Position numbers and translations under genes: made by a program. Shown piece after piece: positions 1 to 12,142 of a stretch of DNA of 33,466 nucleotides. Numbering within the stretch: the first letter of the stretch is position 1; each line of letters begins with the position of its first letter. The notes below the pieces were generated by a model. The model saw nothing but the letters and a program-made list of their open reading frames with translations, was not told the origin of the DNA and searched no databases. The DNA is from Caecitellus pseudoparvulus (lineage: Eukaryota; Protista; Bigyra: Bicosoecida). The stretch lies in the NCBI GenBank assembly GCA_965644315.1, contig CBFFRQ010000151.1, positions 1 to 33,466 of the forward strand, written 5' to 3'.

Positions 1-427
1 TGCACAGCGATGGACAAATGCGATGATGCTGGCCTACACGATCCACGACTCTGTGACGTTCCAAGCTACTTGGGAGTATTTGGTAGCGACAACATGTGCG
101 GGATGCACGTGTTGTAAAGGACACCTCTCTGCAAAATCAAAGAGTCGGGCCACATCGAGTCCTGGGCTCAGTTCGAGCTGCAGAGGAGTGCTGCTCTGTG
201 CTGCAGGGTGCAAGATGTGCGCTGAAGGAGTGCTTCAAAGCTGTGTGGGTAGTTGGCGGTGCGATTCCAGCGAGCAGGAGGTGTGCGCAAGGCTGATCTC
301 CGCGGGCTTATGACAGCGCTTAGTCCAACGCGTTTTCATGACCTCTCGGGGTGGTTCACGAGCTTCTTGGCTTTAGGGATGGCCGAAAAGTGGATGTGCA
401 TTCCCGAGGCGCATTGGGGGATTCTCA

Positions 428-675
428 TCACGGTCGCCCCGCACCACGGGATCTCATCAAGAGCATTGCACGCCGCCCATGCCGAATGCTGGTGCCAGCC
501 CACACCGTATCACGAGCAGCTTGAGCGACGAACTCCCCTTTTTGTTGCCAGACTTGAGCTGGGATAGCTCTGTCACCCGTGAGACCAAACAGGTCACGCA
601 CGATGTCTATGTGGCCTCCAGTGCATGCCTCTCGGAAAGCAGCCTCAGGCCCAATCCGATCGGCCGCATGCACAT
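428..675 (-). pseudogene. Ankyrin-repeat protein, 3' part, separated from its 5' part by a 5.4-kb insertion
   Basis: Translates VHAADRIGPEAAFREACTGGHIDIVRDLFGL, the same repeat type as in 6056-6515. It rejoins that part in frame when 676-6055 is removed. Confidence 0.85.
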
Positions 676-3366
676 TCGCTGTCTACCGTTAGGTTCAGGG
701 GGTGTGGGGGAAGGGGGCCGCTCACGCAAGAAGTCAAACTAAGCCCCTAGAAGGCCCGTGGCCACGCAATCGCACCCACTACCTGCGTACATATGCAACA
801 TGGTATTTGCACGTGTTTTGCAGTGCGTGCAGTGCATATTGCAGGCGTAGGGCGCGAAAATCTGCCCGGAAATTGACAATCCCACGAGTTTTCAATCTCA
901 CGCACCAGGACACGCGCGCACCTTCCAAGGTGCCCTACACAAGGTCCCACAAAAGGCACATATAATGCAATGGTGCGTACAGGGCGGGGCGCGTGCGCTG
1001 CGCGGCAGGGCGTGCGCACACTTGTTTTCGGTGCCAAATTGTGCCCCTCACACGCGCAAGTCCACAGGGCAGGGCTGTGCACAAACGGCATTGTAAATGT
1101 CATGCGCCTGGCCTATGGACACAATACTGCATGCTCAGCCTACTGCCTGCTGCGCAGCGGCCAGTTCTGTGCCGTTGGCCTGTGTAGGTTTTGCTGCATA
1201 GGCGTGTTGGCTGGGCGCCGTCCTCGGCAGGCCTGTGCTAGGCCACCTGAGCACCTTGGCGCACTGTCAAAGTGTCTCAGGGCATCGGCACGGCATATGG
1301 CACGGAAGTTTGCTCTGCTTGGCGCAGAATCGCTTGCCGTGGCTCAGGGAAGTGCCGCAGTGCTGAGCCTGGCGCTGGTCTGGTGCATGGCTGGCGGCTC
1401 GCTCAGCAGCTCCGTGCTTTTGTAAGCGGGAGAGCTCCAATGGCTTGTGCTACAGAGCCACATGCAAGTCAGTTGCCTGCCCCAGTGCCAAGGCGAAGGG
1501 AATTGTGGTGCAGGTAGTGCTGACCGGTCCAGGGCGAGGCCTTGCTTGACGGGCAAGTGCTTGCTCGGCAGCGGGAGGCCGCCCAGCTGGGGCTGCATGC
1601 TGGGCTGCAGACATATCCAGTGCATGTGCTTGGGCTATACGTGTTACAGATTGTGCAGTTGTCCGAGTTGCCGCCGCCGGTCTCGCCGCCGCGCGCGCTG
1701 CGCCAGCAGCAGCGCGCGGCGGCAGAGGCCGGCGGCAGTGCACTTGCTCCAGAACGGCAGCCCAGCCGTCGTAGAACATGCATTGTGGTTCATGCTGGGC
1801 CTAGGCATGTGCAGAGGGCGTGCCACGGCTGCTCATGCCGCCAGCAAGAGCATCAGATTGCCCGTGTCCGTGGCTGGCTGAAGCCAACGAAGTTGGAACG
1901 AGCCACACCAAAGCCACGTGCAGCAGGTACAAACAGCTGCCCCGCCAGACTCCTGCACTGTGCCACACCTGTACCCTCCTGCGTGCGCGGGCGCCTGCTG
2001 GCACCGCCATCCTTGACCTCCACCGACTCTCTCCGACCCGGCCTTGCACCACACACACACGGGCGTCGGGCTGAGCACTTGTGCTGCTGGTGCAGCGTGA
2101 CACAGGGCTGGGCTGCTATACCCTGTGCACAGGCACTGCTGCATGGGCCAGGCAGTGCACACGTGACAGAATGTCCGGGTGTGGGCCTGCCTACGGCGTG
2201 CTGGGCGCAGCGGCTCTCCGGGCCATGGCCAAGCCAAAGTAGGTGCCGTGCCCAGCATGATCGCTGTGGCGGTCCCAGGGCCCAATGCCTGCAGTTGGCA
2301 GTATCCGTGCATGTCCGATGCGCCATGTGGCGGTCGCAGCTGCTGAGGCCACACGCGTAGGGCTTGGCGCCTGTGGCCGCATCACTCGCACTGGGTGTCG
2401 CACCTTCCACTGCGCGCGACCAGGGCAGTGCCGAGGCAGGCGCGCCTCAGGCAAGACGTGTACGACGCTTCAGCACATGGGAAGGGCAGTGCATGTCGTG
2501 CATGGGCTTGTGGTGGCTGAGGCACTGCGCGGGGAGCTGCTGTGGTGCTTGCAGTGGAAGGTTCCATTGATGTCCGCTGGCCTGGACGGGCACATCAGCG
2601 ATGTCCGTTGCCGCAGCGCCCAGTGCGGCACAGAGAGCGTGAATGCGAAGTCCCTGTGTGGAGCGCTGACAATGCATTGCACATGGGCGTCCACAGGTCG
2701 CCTTGGCTGGAAGTCCATGTGGGGCAGGTTGGCCGGCCGGAGGCCCAAGGCCACAGCCAGGGCACAGTGCAGGGCATGGGCCCAGCATGATCGCTGTGGC
2801 GGTCCCAGGGCCCAATGCCTGCAGTTGGCAGTATCCGTGCATGTCCGGTGTGCCGTGTGGCGGTTGCAGCTGCTGAGGCCACACGCGTAGGGCTTGGCGC
2901 CTGTGGCCGCATCACTCGCAGTGGCTGTCGCACCTTCCATTGCGCGCGACCAGGGCAGTGCCGAGGCAGGCGCGCCTCAGGCAAGACGTGCACGACGCTT
3001 CAGCACATGGGAAGGGCAGTGCATGTCGTGCATGGGCTTGTGGTGGCTGAGGCACTGCGCGGGGAGCTGCTGTGGTGCTTGCAGTGGAAGGTTCCATTGA
3101 TGTCCGCTGGCCTGGACGGGCACATCAGCGATGTCCGTTGCCGCAGCGCCCAGTGCGGCACAGAGAGCGTGAATGCGAAGTCCCTGTGTGGAGCGCTGAC
3201 AATGCATTGCACATGGGCGTCCACAGGTCACCTTGGCTGGAAGTCCATGTGGTGCAGGTTGGCCGGTCGGAGGCCCAAGGCCGCTGCCTGGGCACAGTGC
3301 AGGGCATGGGGATGGTAGATAGCGTCTCGCATGCCGCAGGCATGGCCCGGAGGGCCAGAGTATTTT
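676..3366 (+). mobile_element. Non-autonomous Helitron2/Helentron-like (HINE-type) element, copy 1 (2691 bp)
   Basis: Starts TCGCTGTCTACCGT. A subterminal inverted copy ATGGTAGATAGCG lies at 3312-3324 (2 mismatches), followed by GC hairpins and a terminal TATTTT. No TSD and no credible ORF; directly repeated at 3367-6055. Confidence 0.7.
2250..3309. repeat. Two tandem copies of a 530-bp internal repeat
   Basis: GCCCAGCATGATCGCTGTGGCGGTCCCAGGG at 2250 and 2780, with near-identical downstream sequence and ORF translations. Confidence 0.95.
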
Positions 3367-6055
3367 TCGCTGTCTACCGTTAGGTTCAGGGGGTGTGGGG
3401 GAAGGGGGCCGCTCACGCAAGAAGTCCAACTAAGCCCCTAGAAGGCCCGTGGCAACGCAATCGCACCCACTACCTGCGTACATATGCAACATGGTAGTTG
3501 CACGTGTTTTGCAGAGCGTGCAGTGCATATTCCAGGTGCAGGGCGCACTAACCAGTCCGGAAATTGAAATTCCACGAGTTTTCAATCTCACGCACCAGGA
3601 CACGCGCGCACCTTCCGAGGTGCCCCACACAAGGTCCCACAAAAGGCACATACAATGCAATGGTGCGTGCAGGGCGGGGCGCGTGCGCTGCGTGGCAGGG
3701 CGTGCGCACACTTGTTTTCGGTGCCAAACTGTGCCCCTTCCACGCGCAAGTCCACAGGGCAGGGCTGTGGACCAACGGCATTGTAAATGCTATGCGCCTG
3801 GCCTATGGGTACAATACTGCATGCTCGGCCTACTGCCTGCTGCGCTGTGGCCAGTTCTGTGCCGGTGGCCTGTGCAGGTTTTGCTGCATAGGCGTGTTGG
3901 CTGGGCGCTGTCCTCGGCAGGCCTGTGCCAGGCCACCTGAGCACCCTGGCGCACTGGCACAGTGTGTCAGGGCATTGGTACGGCATATGGCAGGGAAGTT
4001 TGCTCTGCTTGGCGCAGAATCGCTTGCCGTGGCTCAGGGAAGTGCCGCAGTGCTGAGCCTTGCGCTGGTCTGGTGCATGGCTGGCGTCTCGCACGGCAGC
4101 TCCGTGCTTGTGTAAGCAGGAGAGCTCCAATGGCTCGTGCCACAGAGCCATATGCAAGTCGGGTGCCTGCCCCAGTGCCAAGGCGAAGGGATTTGTGGTG
4201 CAGGGAGTGCTGACCGGTCCAGGGCGAGGCCTTGCTGGACAAGCAAGTGCTTGCTCGGCAGCGGGAGGCCGCCCAGCTGAGGCTACCTGCTGGGCCGCAG
4301 ACACATCCAGTACATGTGCCTGGACTGTACTCATTGCAGAGCGTGCAGTTGTCCGAGTTGCCGCCGCCGGTCTCGCCGCGCGCGCGCTGCGCAAGCAGCA
4401 GCGCGCGGCGGCAGAGGCCGGCGGCAGTGTACTTGCTCCAGAACAGCAGCCCAGCCGTCGTAGAACATGCATTGTGGTTCATGCTGGGCCTAGGCATGTG
4501 CAGAGGGCGTGCATCGGCTGCTCATGCCTCCAGCAAGAGCACCAGGGTGCCCGTATCCGCAGCTGGCCGAAGCCAACGAAGTTGGAACGAGCCACACCAA
4601 AGCCACGTGCAGCAGGTACAAACAGCTGCCCCGCCAGACTCCTGCACTGTGCCACACCTGTACCCTCCTGCGTGCGCGGGCGCCTGCTGGCACCGCCATC
4701 CTTGACCTCCACCGACTCTCTCCGACCCGGCCTTGCACCACACACACACGGGCGTCGGGCTGAGCACTTGTGCTGCTGGTGCAGCGTGACACAGGGCTGG
4801 GCTGCTATACCCTGTGCACAGGCACTGTTGCATGGGCCAGGCAGTGCACACGTGACAGAATGTCCGGGTGTGGGCCTGCCTACGGCGTGCTTGGCGCAGC
4901 GGCTCTCCGGGCCATGGCCGAGTCATTGTGGGTGCCGTGCCCAGCATGATCGCTGTGGCGGTCCCAGGGCCCCATGCCTGCAGTTGGCAGCTTTCGTGCA
5001 TGTCCGGTGTGCCATGTGGCGGTCGCAGCTGCTGAGGCCACTCGTGTAGGGCTTGGCGCTTGTGGCCGCACCACTCGCACTGGGTGTCGCGCCTTCCACT
5101 GCGCGCGACCACGGTAGTGCCGAGGCAGGCGCGCCTCAGGCAAGACGTGCACGATGCTTCAGCACATGGGAAGGGCAGTGCATGTCGTGCATGGGCCTGT
5201 GGTGGCTGAGGCACTGCGCGAGGGGCTGGTGTGGTGCTTGCTGTGGAAGGTTCCATTGATGTCCGCTGGCCTGGGCGGGCACATCAGCGATGTCCGTTGC
5301 CGCAGCGCCCAGTGCGGCACAGAGAGCGTGAATGCGAAGTCCCTGTGTGGAGCACTGGCAATGCATTGCAGATGGGCGTCCACAGGTCGCCTTGGCTGGA
5401 AGTCCATGTGGGGCAGGTTGGCCGGTCGGAGGCCCAAGGCCGCTGCCAGGGCACAGTGCAGGGCATGGGCCCAGCATGATCGCTGTGGCGGTCCCAGGGC
5501 CCCATGCCTGCAGTTGGCAGCTTTCGTGCATGTCCGGTGTGCCATGTGGCGGTCGCGGCTGCTGAGGCCACTCGTGTAGGGCTTGGCGCTTGTGGCCGCA
5601 CCACTCGCACTGGGTGTCGCGCCTTCCACTGCGCGCGACCACGGTAGTGCCGAGGCAGGCGCGCCTCAGGCAAGACGTGCACGACGCTTCAGCACATGGG
5701 AAGGGCAGTGCATGTCGTGCATGGGCCTGTGGTGGCTGAGGCACTGCGCGGAGGGCTGGTGTGGTGCTTGCTGTGGAAGGTTCCATTGATGTCCGCTGGC
5801 CTGGGCGGGCACATCAGCGATGTCCGTTGCCGCAGCGCCCAGTGCGGCACAGAGAGCGTGAATGCGAAGTCCCTGTGTGGAGCACTGGCAATGCATTGCA
5901 GATGGGCGTCCACAGGTCGCCTTGGCTGGAAGTCCATGTGGGGCAGGTTGGCCGGCCGGAGGCCCAAGGCCACAGCCAGCGCACAGTGCAGGGCATGGGG
6001 ACGGTAGACAGCGTCTCGCATGCCGCAGGCATGGCCCGGAGGGCCAGAGTATTTT
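3367..6055 (+). mobile_element. Non-autonomous Helitron2/Helentron-like element, copy 2 (2689 bp)
   Basis: Perfect 13-bp asymmetric inverted repeat CGCTGTCTACCGT (3368-3380) / ACGGTAGACAGCG (6001-6013). Hairpins CATGCC-GCA-GGCATG (6019-6033) and TGGCCC-GGA-GGGCCA (6032-6046); ends TATTTT. Confidence 0.7.
4939..5998. repeat. Two tandem copies of the 530-bp internal repeat
   Basis: Same repeat start at 4939 and 5469. Confidence 0.95.
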
Positions 6056-6515
6056 CCACTGCCCGCGCCCTACTCAGGCCCAACAGCTCACGCACAATGT
6101 CCAGGTGGCCATTGGCGCATGCGCCTCGGAAGGCGGCCTCAAATCGATCCTCAGGCGCCATGTGCACATTCACTGTCCGCGCCCCAGTGAGAGCCAACAG
6201 CTCACGCACGACGTCTGTGTGGCCATTCTCGCATGCGGCTCGGAAGGCAGCCTCGGGTCCATCTCCATCCGCCGCATGTACATCCACTTCAACGCAGCCT
6301 TCCAGAGCCAGCAACTCACGCACTAGTACCAGGTTTCCTTTGCTGCAGGCAACTTGAAACCGAGATGTTGTGTCTGAACTCGCCAGTGCCTCAGCCAAAG
6401 TGTCAGACTGAGCAGAACTTTGATGCAAGATGTGCCAGAGCTGATCTGCAGCAGCCACTCCACAAGCAGCTTTCCACTGAGTCGTGAACTGTGCCGGGTC
6501 TTCAAAGGTTGCCAT
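6056..6515 (-). pseudogene. Ankyrin-repeat protein, 5' part
   Basis: ATG at 6515. Three ankyrin-like repeats (ACSKGNLVLVRELL, ACENGHTDVVRELL, ACANGHLDIVRELL); similarity stops abruptly at 6056. Confidence 0.85.
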
Positions 6516-7237
6516 GACTGTCGACAGGATCCCAGTGGCCGAGGCTGAAGTTTTTAGCCACGGTATAAGCCAGGCAAGTTCAAGAGAAGCCCAGTGAAGA
6601 CACGCGGAAGAGCAACAGGTGTTCAGCTAGGGAGAATGGGGATCAATGATGATGGCAAGCCTGTGCACATACAGACACTGGGGTTGCGTCGATATTCGAG
6701 CAAATGTTTGGTGGAAAGTACCTGCTCGAATATCGCAACCACGTGCGATAGGCCAGCGCGACACGCACCACCTCCTGGAACGGTACAGGGATGGACAGAC
6801 TCACGCTAATAGCGAATGAATGATGTTGCCTGCCAAATTTCAGGTCGTGGTTTCGTCGCCCATTGAATGGCTTGGTTTGAGTTGTGAAGAGGCCAAGTGG
6901 TTGTCCAGCTGGGCCTCGTGTCTGAATCTGTGGCAAGGTCTTGCCGAGGGGGACACGGGGCGAAGGAATGCCCCAGAAGGACGCATAGGCAGGCTCTGGC
7001 TACGATTAAGGCCTGTTTTGAGCAAGTGCCCAACAGCAAGCTGGCACGCCACACCAGAGGAATGCCACGTTCATGGCCAAGGAACGCCACGAGAATGACG
7101 CATCCACACACCACTGCCCGGAATGCTACACCTATGGCGCACTCCTCACGTCTCATAGGATCATGCTCGGGCGGATTCTTGTTTATCAAGCCGCCACGAG
7201 CCCCTCAGCAGCAGCTCAAGCCATGCACTAACCAGGT

Positions 7238-9357
7238 ATGGCGTCGACTTCGACCTTGCCAGCGCAGACTCCCACACGCAGCCTTCACCCAGTGTTGTTG
7301 ATAACAAAGCCTCGCCCTTTGACACGTCTCACTGTGTACATCATGTGCACCATTCGCCTGTGGGAGAGCTCCGTCATGCGCCACCGGGAAGGCATGGTCA
7401 AGGTGCAGGCAGCCTTTTGGCGAGACCTCATGCGGCCCTTCCAGCACAAAGTGGACCCCTGGAAAGAGACGCTGTTCAGAAAGCACCCCTCTCTCGGTGA
7501 ATGCCCTGAGGTGCAATATGCACTGGCCCAAGCCGTGCGCCGAGCCAGAAAGCATGTTGTGGGCAACGTGCGATCCAGCACAAGCGTGAGGGCTCTGCGG
7601 GATGCCATCTTGCACATCTACCATGCCGCTGTCAAGCCGCATTTGGAGGGGTATGTACAGGCCCTTGCACGCTTCGCTGACACCATTGGCGTGGACTGGA
7701 CCTTTGCATCATCGGCCCAGGTGCACGTCGCGGGCCCGCAGGCACTGCGCAGTGCCAGAGCTGCGCCAGATAGCCCACAGCACGAGCTGGACGAGGAAGC
7801 GCCTAAAGATTGGCCGGATGGGGAAGTAGACAGCGACAGCGACAGCGACGGGGGTGCTGAGGAGGAAGCCTGTGCGGGCAGCGGAAGCCGGGCCACGCGG
7901 GTCACAGGGAGGACTCTGTGGCGAATGGCTCCCATCATTGCTACAGGGGCGGGCCGGCACGGCTTCATCCTGCAGCCTCCAATGTTAACGACCTACGAAA
8001 GCGGGGCAAACTTGGCCCGGGTCCTGGGCTTCGTACTGCGCAGGCTGAAGGGGCACCTACGAGAGCGCGGCCCGGCGGCGTCCCACCCCAGCGTCATCAC
8101 AGTGGACAACCTCAGAACCCACCAGCACGCCCTGCAGACAATCATCGACGTGCACTCCCCACTGCTGCGGAAAGGCGTGGTGCGGTTCGCCGTGGACCCG
8201 TGGCACTTCGCCAGCCGTGTGGCCAAGGCCATTCCCAAGCGAGCCATGCACCAGGATGGTCCACTCTTCATCAAGCTGTGGTTCGACACAGTGGAGTGGA
8301 TCCGATCGCCTGCACTGGGCGTGGTGTCTCCCAAGTTGCTCCTGCCAGAGGATGCCGTTGCTCGGCAACGAACCGCCTTGGACTGTGCTGAGCCTGCCGA
8401 CATCCAGGCCTTCATCGACTGTGCCTGCCGCATCTTGCTACGCAAATCCCTTTCAGACTCCCAAAAGACACAAGTCCAAGAATTCCTCACAGCCTATGGA
8501 TGGGCTCTGTACGGGCCAGGGTGTGCAGTTGGGGCTGCTGCAAGGCTTCGCGAGCACGCCCCCCTCGCTCTGGCTGCTGCCTGTGCCACTTCAGCAGGCA
8601 TGCTGCTCCGTCGGTGCCGAGGAGAGCACTTCACGCCAACTCAGGCTGGGCTACACCCAGGCGGGGTGCCCATCCTTCCCCTTCACATTGGGCCTTGCAC
8701 TCACAAGCAGGCATCAGCGGCACTGGAGCGCACTGCAAGCCTGTTTCGCCAGGTGTGGGCGCCTGCATCGCGGGGTGGCGCAGGCACCGCCGTGCAAGGC
8801 CGCATCACACGCGGCACCCTGGACCCCAAGTCCTCCTTGCATGCCACTCGCGCTCGGGTCAAGGCGTCATTGCAGAACGATGTGGGCTGCAAGGCTTGCT
8901 GGATGGGCGTGACGCGGTGCACGGCGCCACCACCACCAGGGGCAATGAGAGCCTGCACTCAGGCATGTGGCATATGGTGTCAGCAGGCACATCCACTCGC
9001 CTGGATGTCGCCGAGATGAACCTCACGCTGTACTGGCTGGAGAAGAACCAGGCGACAGCTACCAAGTTGCTGTCCACGTATGCAAGCGATGAGTGCCGAC
9101 AGGAAGGGACACACAGCAAATCCCAAGACGTTGCAGCCACTCTGGAGTTTTGCTCTGTACTGACTGGTGATGTGGGTGGCTTTGCTCGAGGTGCCCCGAC
9201 ATCAGCCTTGCAGAGCTGCCCGGATGCGCCTGCCCCTACCACATTCGAAGAAGCCAAGGCCTCTGGCCTGCCCCTGTACCACAAGGCCAGCTCGTCTGTC
9301 ACGCCAGAGGTTGAGCTGGACATTCGCCGACTGCTCAGGGAGGAGAGAGAGACATAA
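7238..9357 (+). mobile_element. Zisupton/KDZ-like DDE transposase, frameshifted near 8885; true start uncertain and possibly upstream
   Basis: Ordered motifs IGVDWTF (~7691), GRHGFIL..LTTYESG, ITVDN (~8102), VDPWHF (~8195) and, in the next frame, RGNESLH (~8944). This order matches what I recall for Zisupton-type RNase H-fold transposases. No TIRs identified. Confidence 0.6.
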
Positions 9358-9937
9358 GAGGCCAAGCCTGCCAGGTACAGCCCGAAGACAGCAGCGTCCT
9401 GCATCGCCTCCGCTGCTCACGCCACTGTCGGCCAGGTCGAGCGAGTGGCCAGCATGGTGCAGCGAGAAGAAGAGCGGTTTACCCAGCGGGGGAAGCGATC
9501 AAGGTAACATGGTCTTAGCCCGCCGAGTGCCAAGCGTGCGCCCCATTGAGAGCTGGAGCAGGGCCACCGGCTCTCCGGCTAGATGAAGGGAGTTTCATCG
9601 ACACACAGGCCTGCCAGGACCACGAGGCTAGCGGCGTGATCTGAGAGACTTGTATAGGATTTTGAAGCTCTATCAAATCATCTGTATCTTGTGAACCTCT
9701 AGGCGGTTCAGAGCCGGTTGGGTGCAGCCAACGGCTGACATATCGCAGGCCTCGTGGATTGTCGTGGTGAAGCAAAGCGAAACGCCACACCCGCAATGTG
9801 CAGCGCTCTCTGGCGGGAGAGGGACAACCCACGGGCACGCTTTGGGCAAGGTGGCTTAGGAGGATTCCATTTGATTTTGTCCAGCACACGAAATCGGCAA
9901 AATCCTATGGAAACGAGGCAAGACCTACCCAGAGAGC

Positions 9938-11330
9938 TTGAAGTGTGTAGCGCCTGCAAACTTGGTTGACACCAACAACGGTAGCGCAGCGGCGCTTTCG
10001 CTGACATGTGTGGGAACTGCCACACAGGCCAGCACCAGCGGCTTTGATTTGCTCTCTCGAGCGGAGTACCGCGTGACACTCATCGCATATGACGAGGACG
10101 GAGCGCTACTGGGTGCGGAGCACACCTCCTTCACCCCAGACGAGACAGCGGCGACCTTCGACGGCACAGCGGCAGTGACAGACGGGCAGCTGGTGGGTGG
10201 CATGTGCTACGCGTCCTCCACCAGCGCTGTAGCCTTGTCCTGGGCGCCGTTCCTGGACGCTGAGGGCGATGCTGCCTACTCAGCCGCCCTTGCCACGTCG
10301 CCTTTCGGGGAGCAGGTGCAGGGGTATTCCACACCCCTCTCCAGCCCAGCTGCCTCCTGGACTGGCCTGCACCTGGTCACTGGCACCAAGTACTACATGT
10401 CCGTGATTGGCACCAACGAAGCTGGTCTGCGCACAGTGTTCTCCAAGCCCGTCGTCGTGGACATCACCCCGCCAGACATCGGCAGCGTGCACTTCCTGGA
10501 CGCCACTGGCAGCAAAGTGTCCCTGCTGAGCGATGCGGCACAGGTCACGTGTGGCTGGGCAGGTGTCCAAGACGCCCAGGCATCAGTGCTGGGCATTGAA
10601 GTGCAGCTGGTGGAGGTGACGGCGGGCGGGACCGGCCCCATCGTGCTGCTGTCCAGTGTGCTGTCCCTGGGACCAGGTGAGGCCCAAGCCACCTTGAACC
10701 CCAGGAGCGATGGGGTGCCGGACCCCCTCCCTGAAGCCTGGTTCTTGGCCTGCAGGGCCAAGGCGACCAACGCAGCAGGCCTGGCACGCCGAGCACTGGG
10801 TCGCCCTGCACCCTTGGTCACAAGTGGGCCCACTGCCGGCATCGTACGCGATGGCGCACGACTGGGCGGCGACGTGGACTTTTCCGCTGACTGCAGCCAG
10901 GCGGCTGCGAAGTGGGACACCTTCGTGGACCCCTCCGGCATTGCAACGTACGAGGTCGCGCTGGGCAGCGCGGCAGGGCTGGATGACGTCATGCCCTGGA
11001 CAGTCGTGGCGCAGCGCAAGGCATGGGCTGCGACAGGGTTGGTGCTGACCCCTGGAAGCACTGTGTATACCAGTGTTCGTGCCACAAACATGGGGGGACA
11101 CGCCAGCGTCGCCTCCTCCGACGGCTTTGCATGCGACTAGACGCTGCCTTCCCTGGCCGGCGCGAGTGCACAGACCCTGTTGCTGACGGCGTTCGGGATC
11201 GGGGATCCTGCGGGGCGCGGCACTTGCACCTGTGCCGACCCCAGTGCTGCGCTTGTGCCCGACTTCACGCACGGTGGCGGCGTGTGCCAGTGTGGGCCGG
11301 GCTTCGTCCTGAACTCAACGAGCATGCCTC
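9938..11330 (+). pseudogene. Fragment of a large FN3-like repeat extracellular protein with a Cys-rich segment
   Basis: Repeated units (W..F.D.....Y..ALG; YY.SV..TN.AGL; VD.TPP..G.V). An in-frame TAG at 11138-11140 is followed by a same-frame Cys-rich segment (CTC...CQCGPGF). No ATG start or signal peptide. Confidence 0.65.
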
Positions 11331-12142
11331 CTCCCAACAAGCTCAGTACCCTCCCTGCTCCAGCGCTGGTGGGAGCCGCTGGATGCCATGACGAGTGCGA
11401 AGAGCACGTATGGATATGTACCTCTTTCCACCCATGCACTGTTGTGCTGCCTGTTGTGTGGCACGAACCAGGAGCTTGCTCTTTCAAGCGCTGCCATTCC
11501 TCGCAGATCCGACGCTGGCCAAGTCAAGGTGGTGTTGGGAAGTTCCTCGACGCAAACCTGAGGAGCGACGTGCTGCGTTTTGGAGGTGTCCACTATGGCC
11601 TTGCTGCGGGTCGCCGCTGGGCTGTGTTGTCACGGGTGTTGCATGAGCCAGCCCAGGGTGTGATATCCACACCAACCTGTCTCTCTCTCACACAGTGCTC
11701 TTGCGATGTCGGAGGGGGGTGCGCAGTATGCAAGGGAAGAGGGGCTGGAACGGAGATTGACGGCACCCTCTGGAACCTAGACACGGCGGGGAGTCTCGCA
11801 GGCCAAGTATGACCGCCAGGCATAGCGTGGTGTGTGCCGGGGGATGGAGCTGGCATCAGCGTTTCGAGCATGAAACGTCGTTTCACAAGCTCCTGGCTCG
11901 GAGGCAGTTTGCGCATTTGCACACTTTTCTCACCAAGAACTACATGCACTTTCTACGTCATAGCAAAACGTAACTAGCTCAACCCTCAAGTGACGCAGGC
12001 AAGCTCAGCCCTGCGCTTCGAAGAGCTGTGCAAGTTCTGCGAAGTGCTGGGGCGCAGGTGTCAGCACAAGCCAACACCGACTCCAAGTTCCCGTCGAGCG
12101 CCGGTGCACCTAACACAACTGGTCTACCATACGTTCTCAAGC

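Noticed and set aside
700-6000. Many overlapping 60-330 aa ORFs
   Set aside because: They lie in GC-rich repeats, differ in frame and stops between copies, and have no recognisable motifs.
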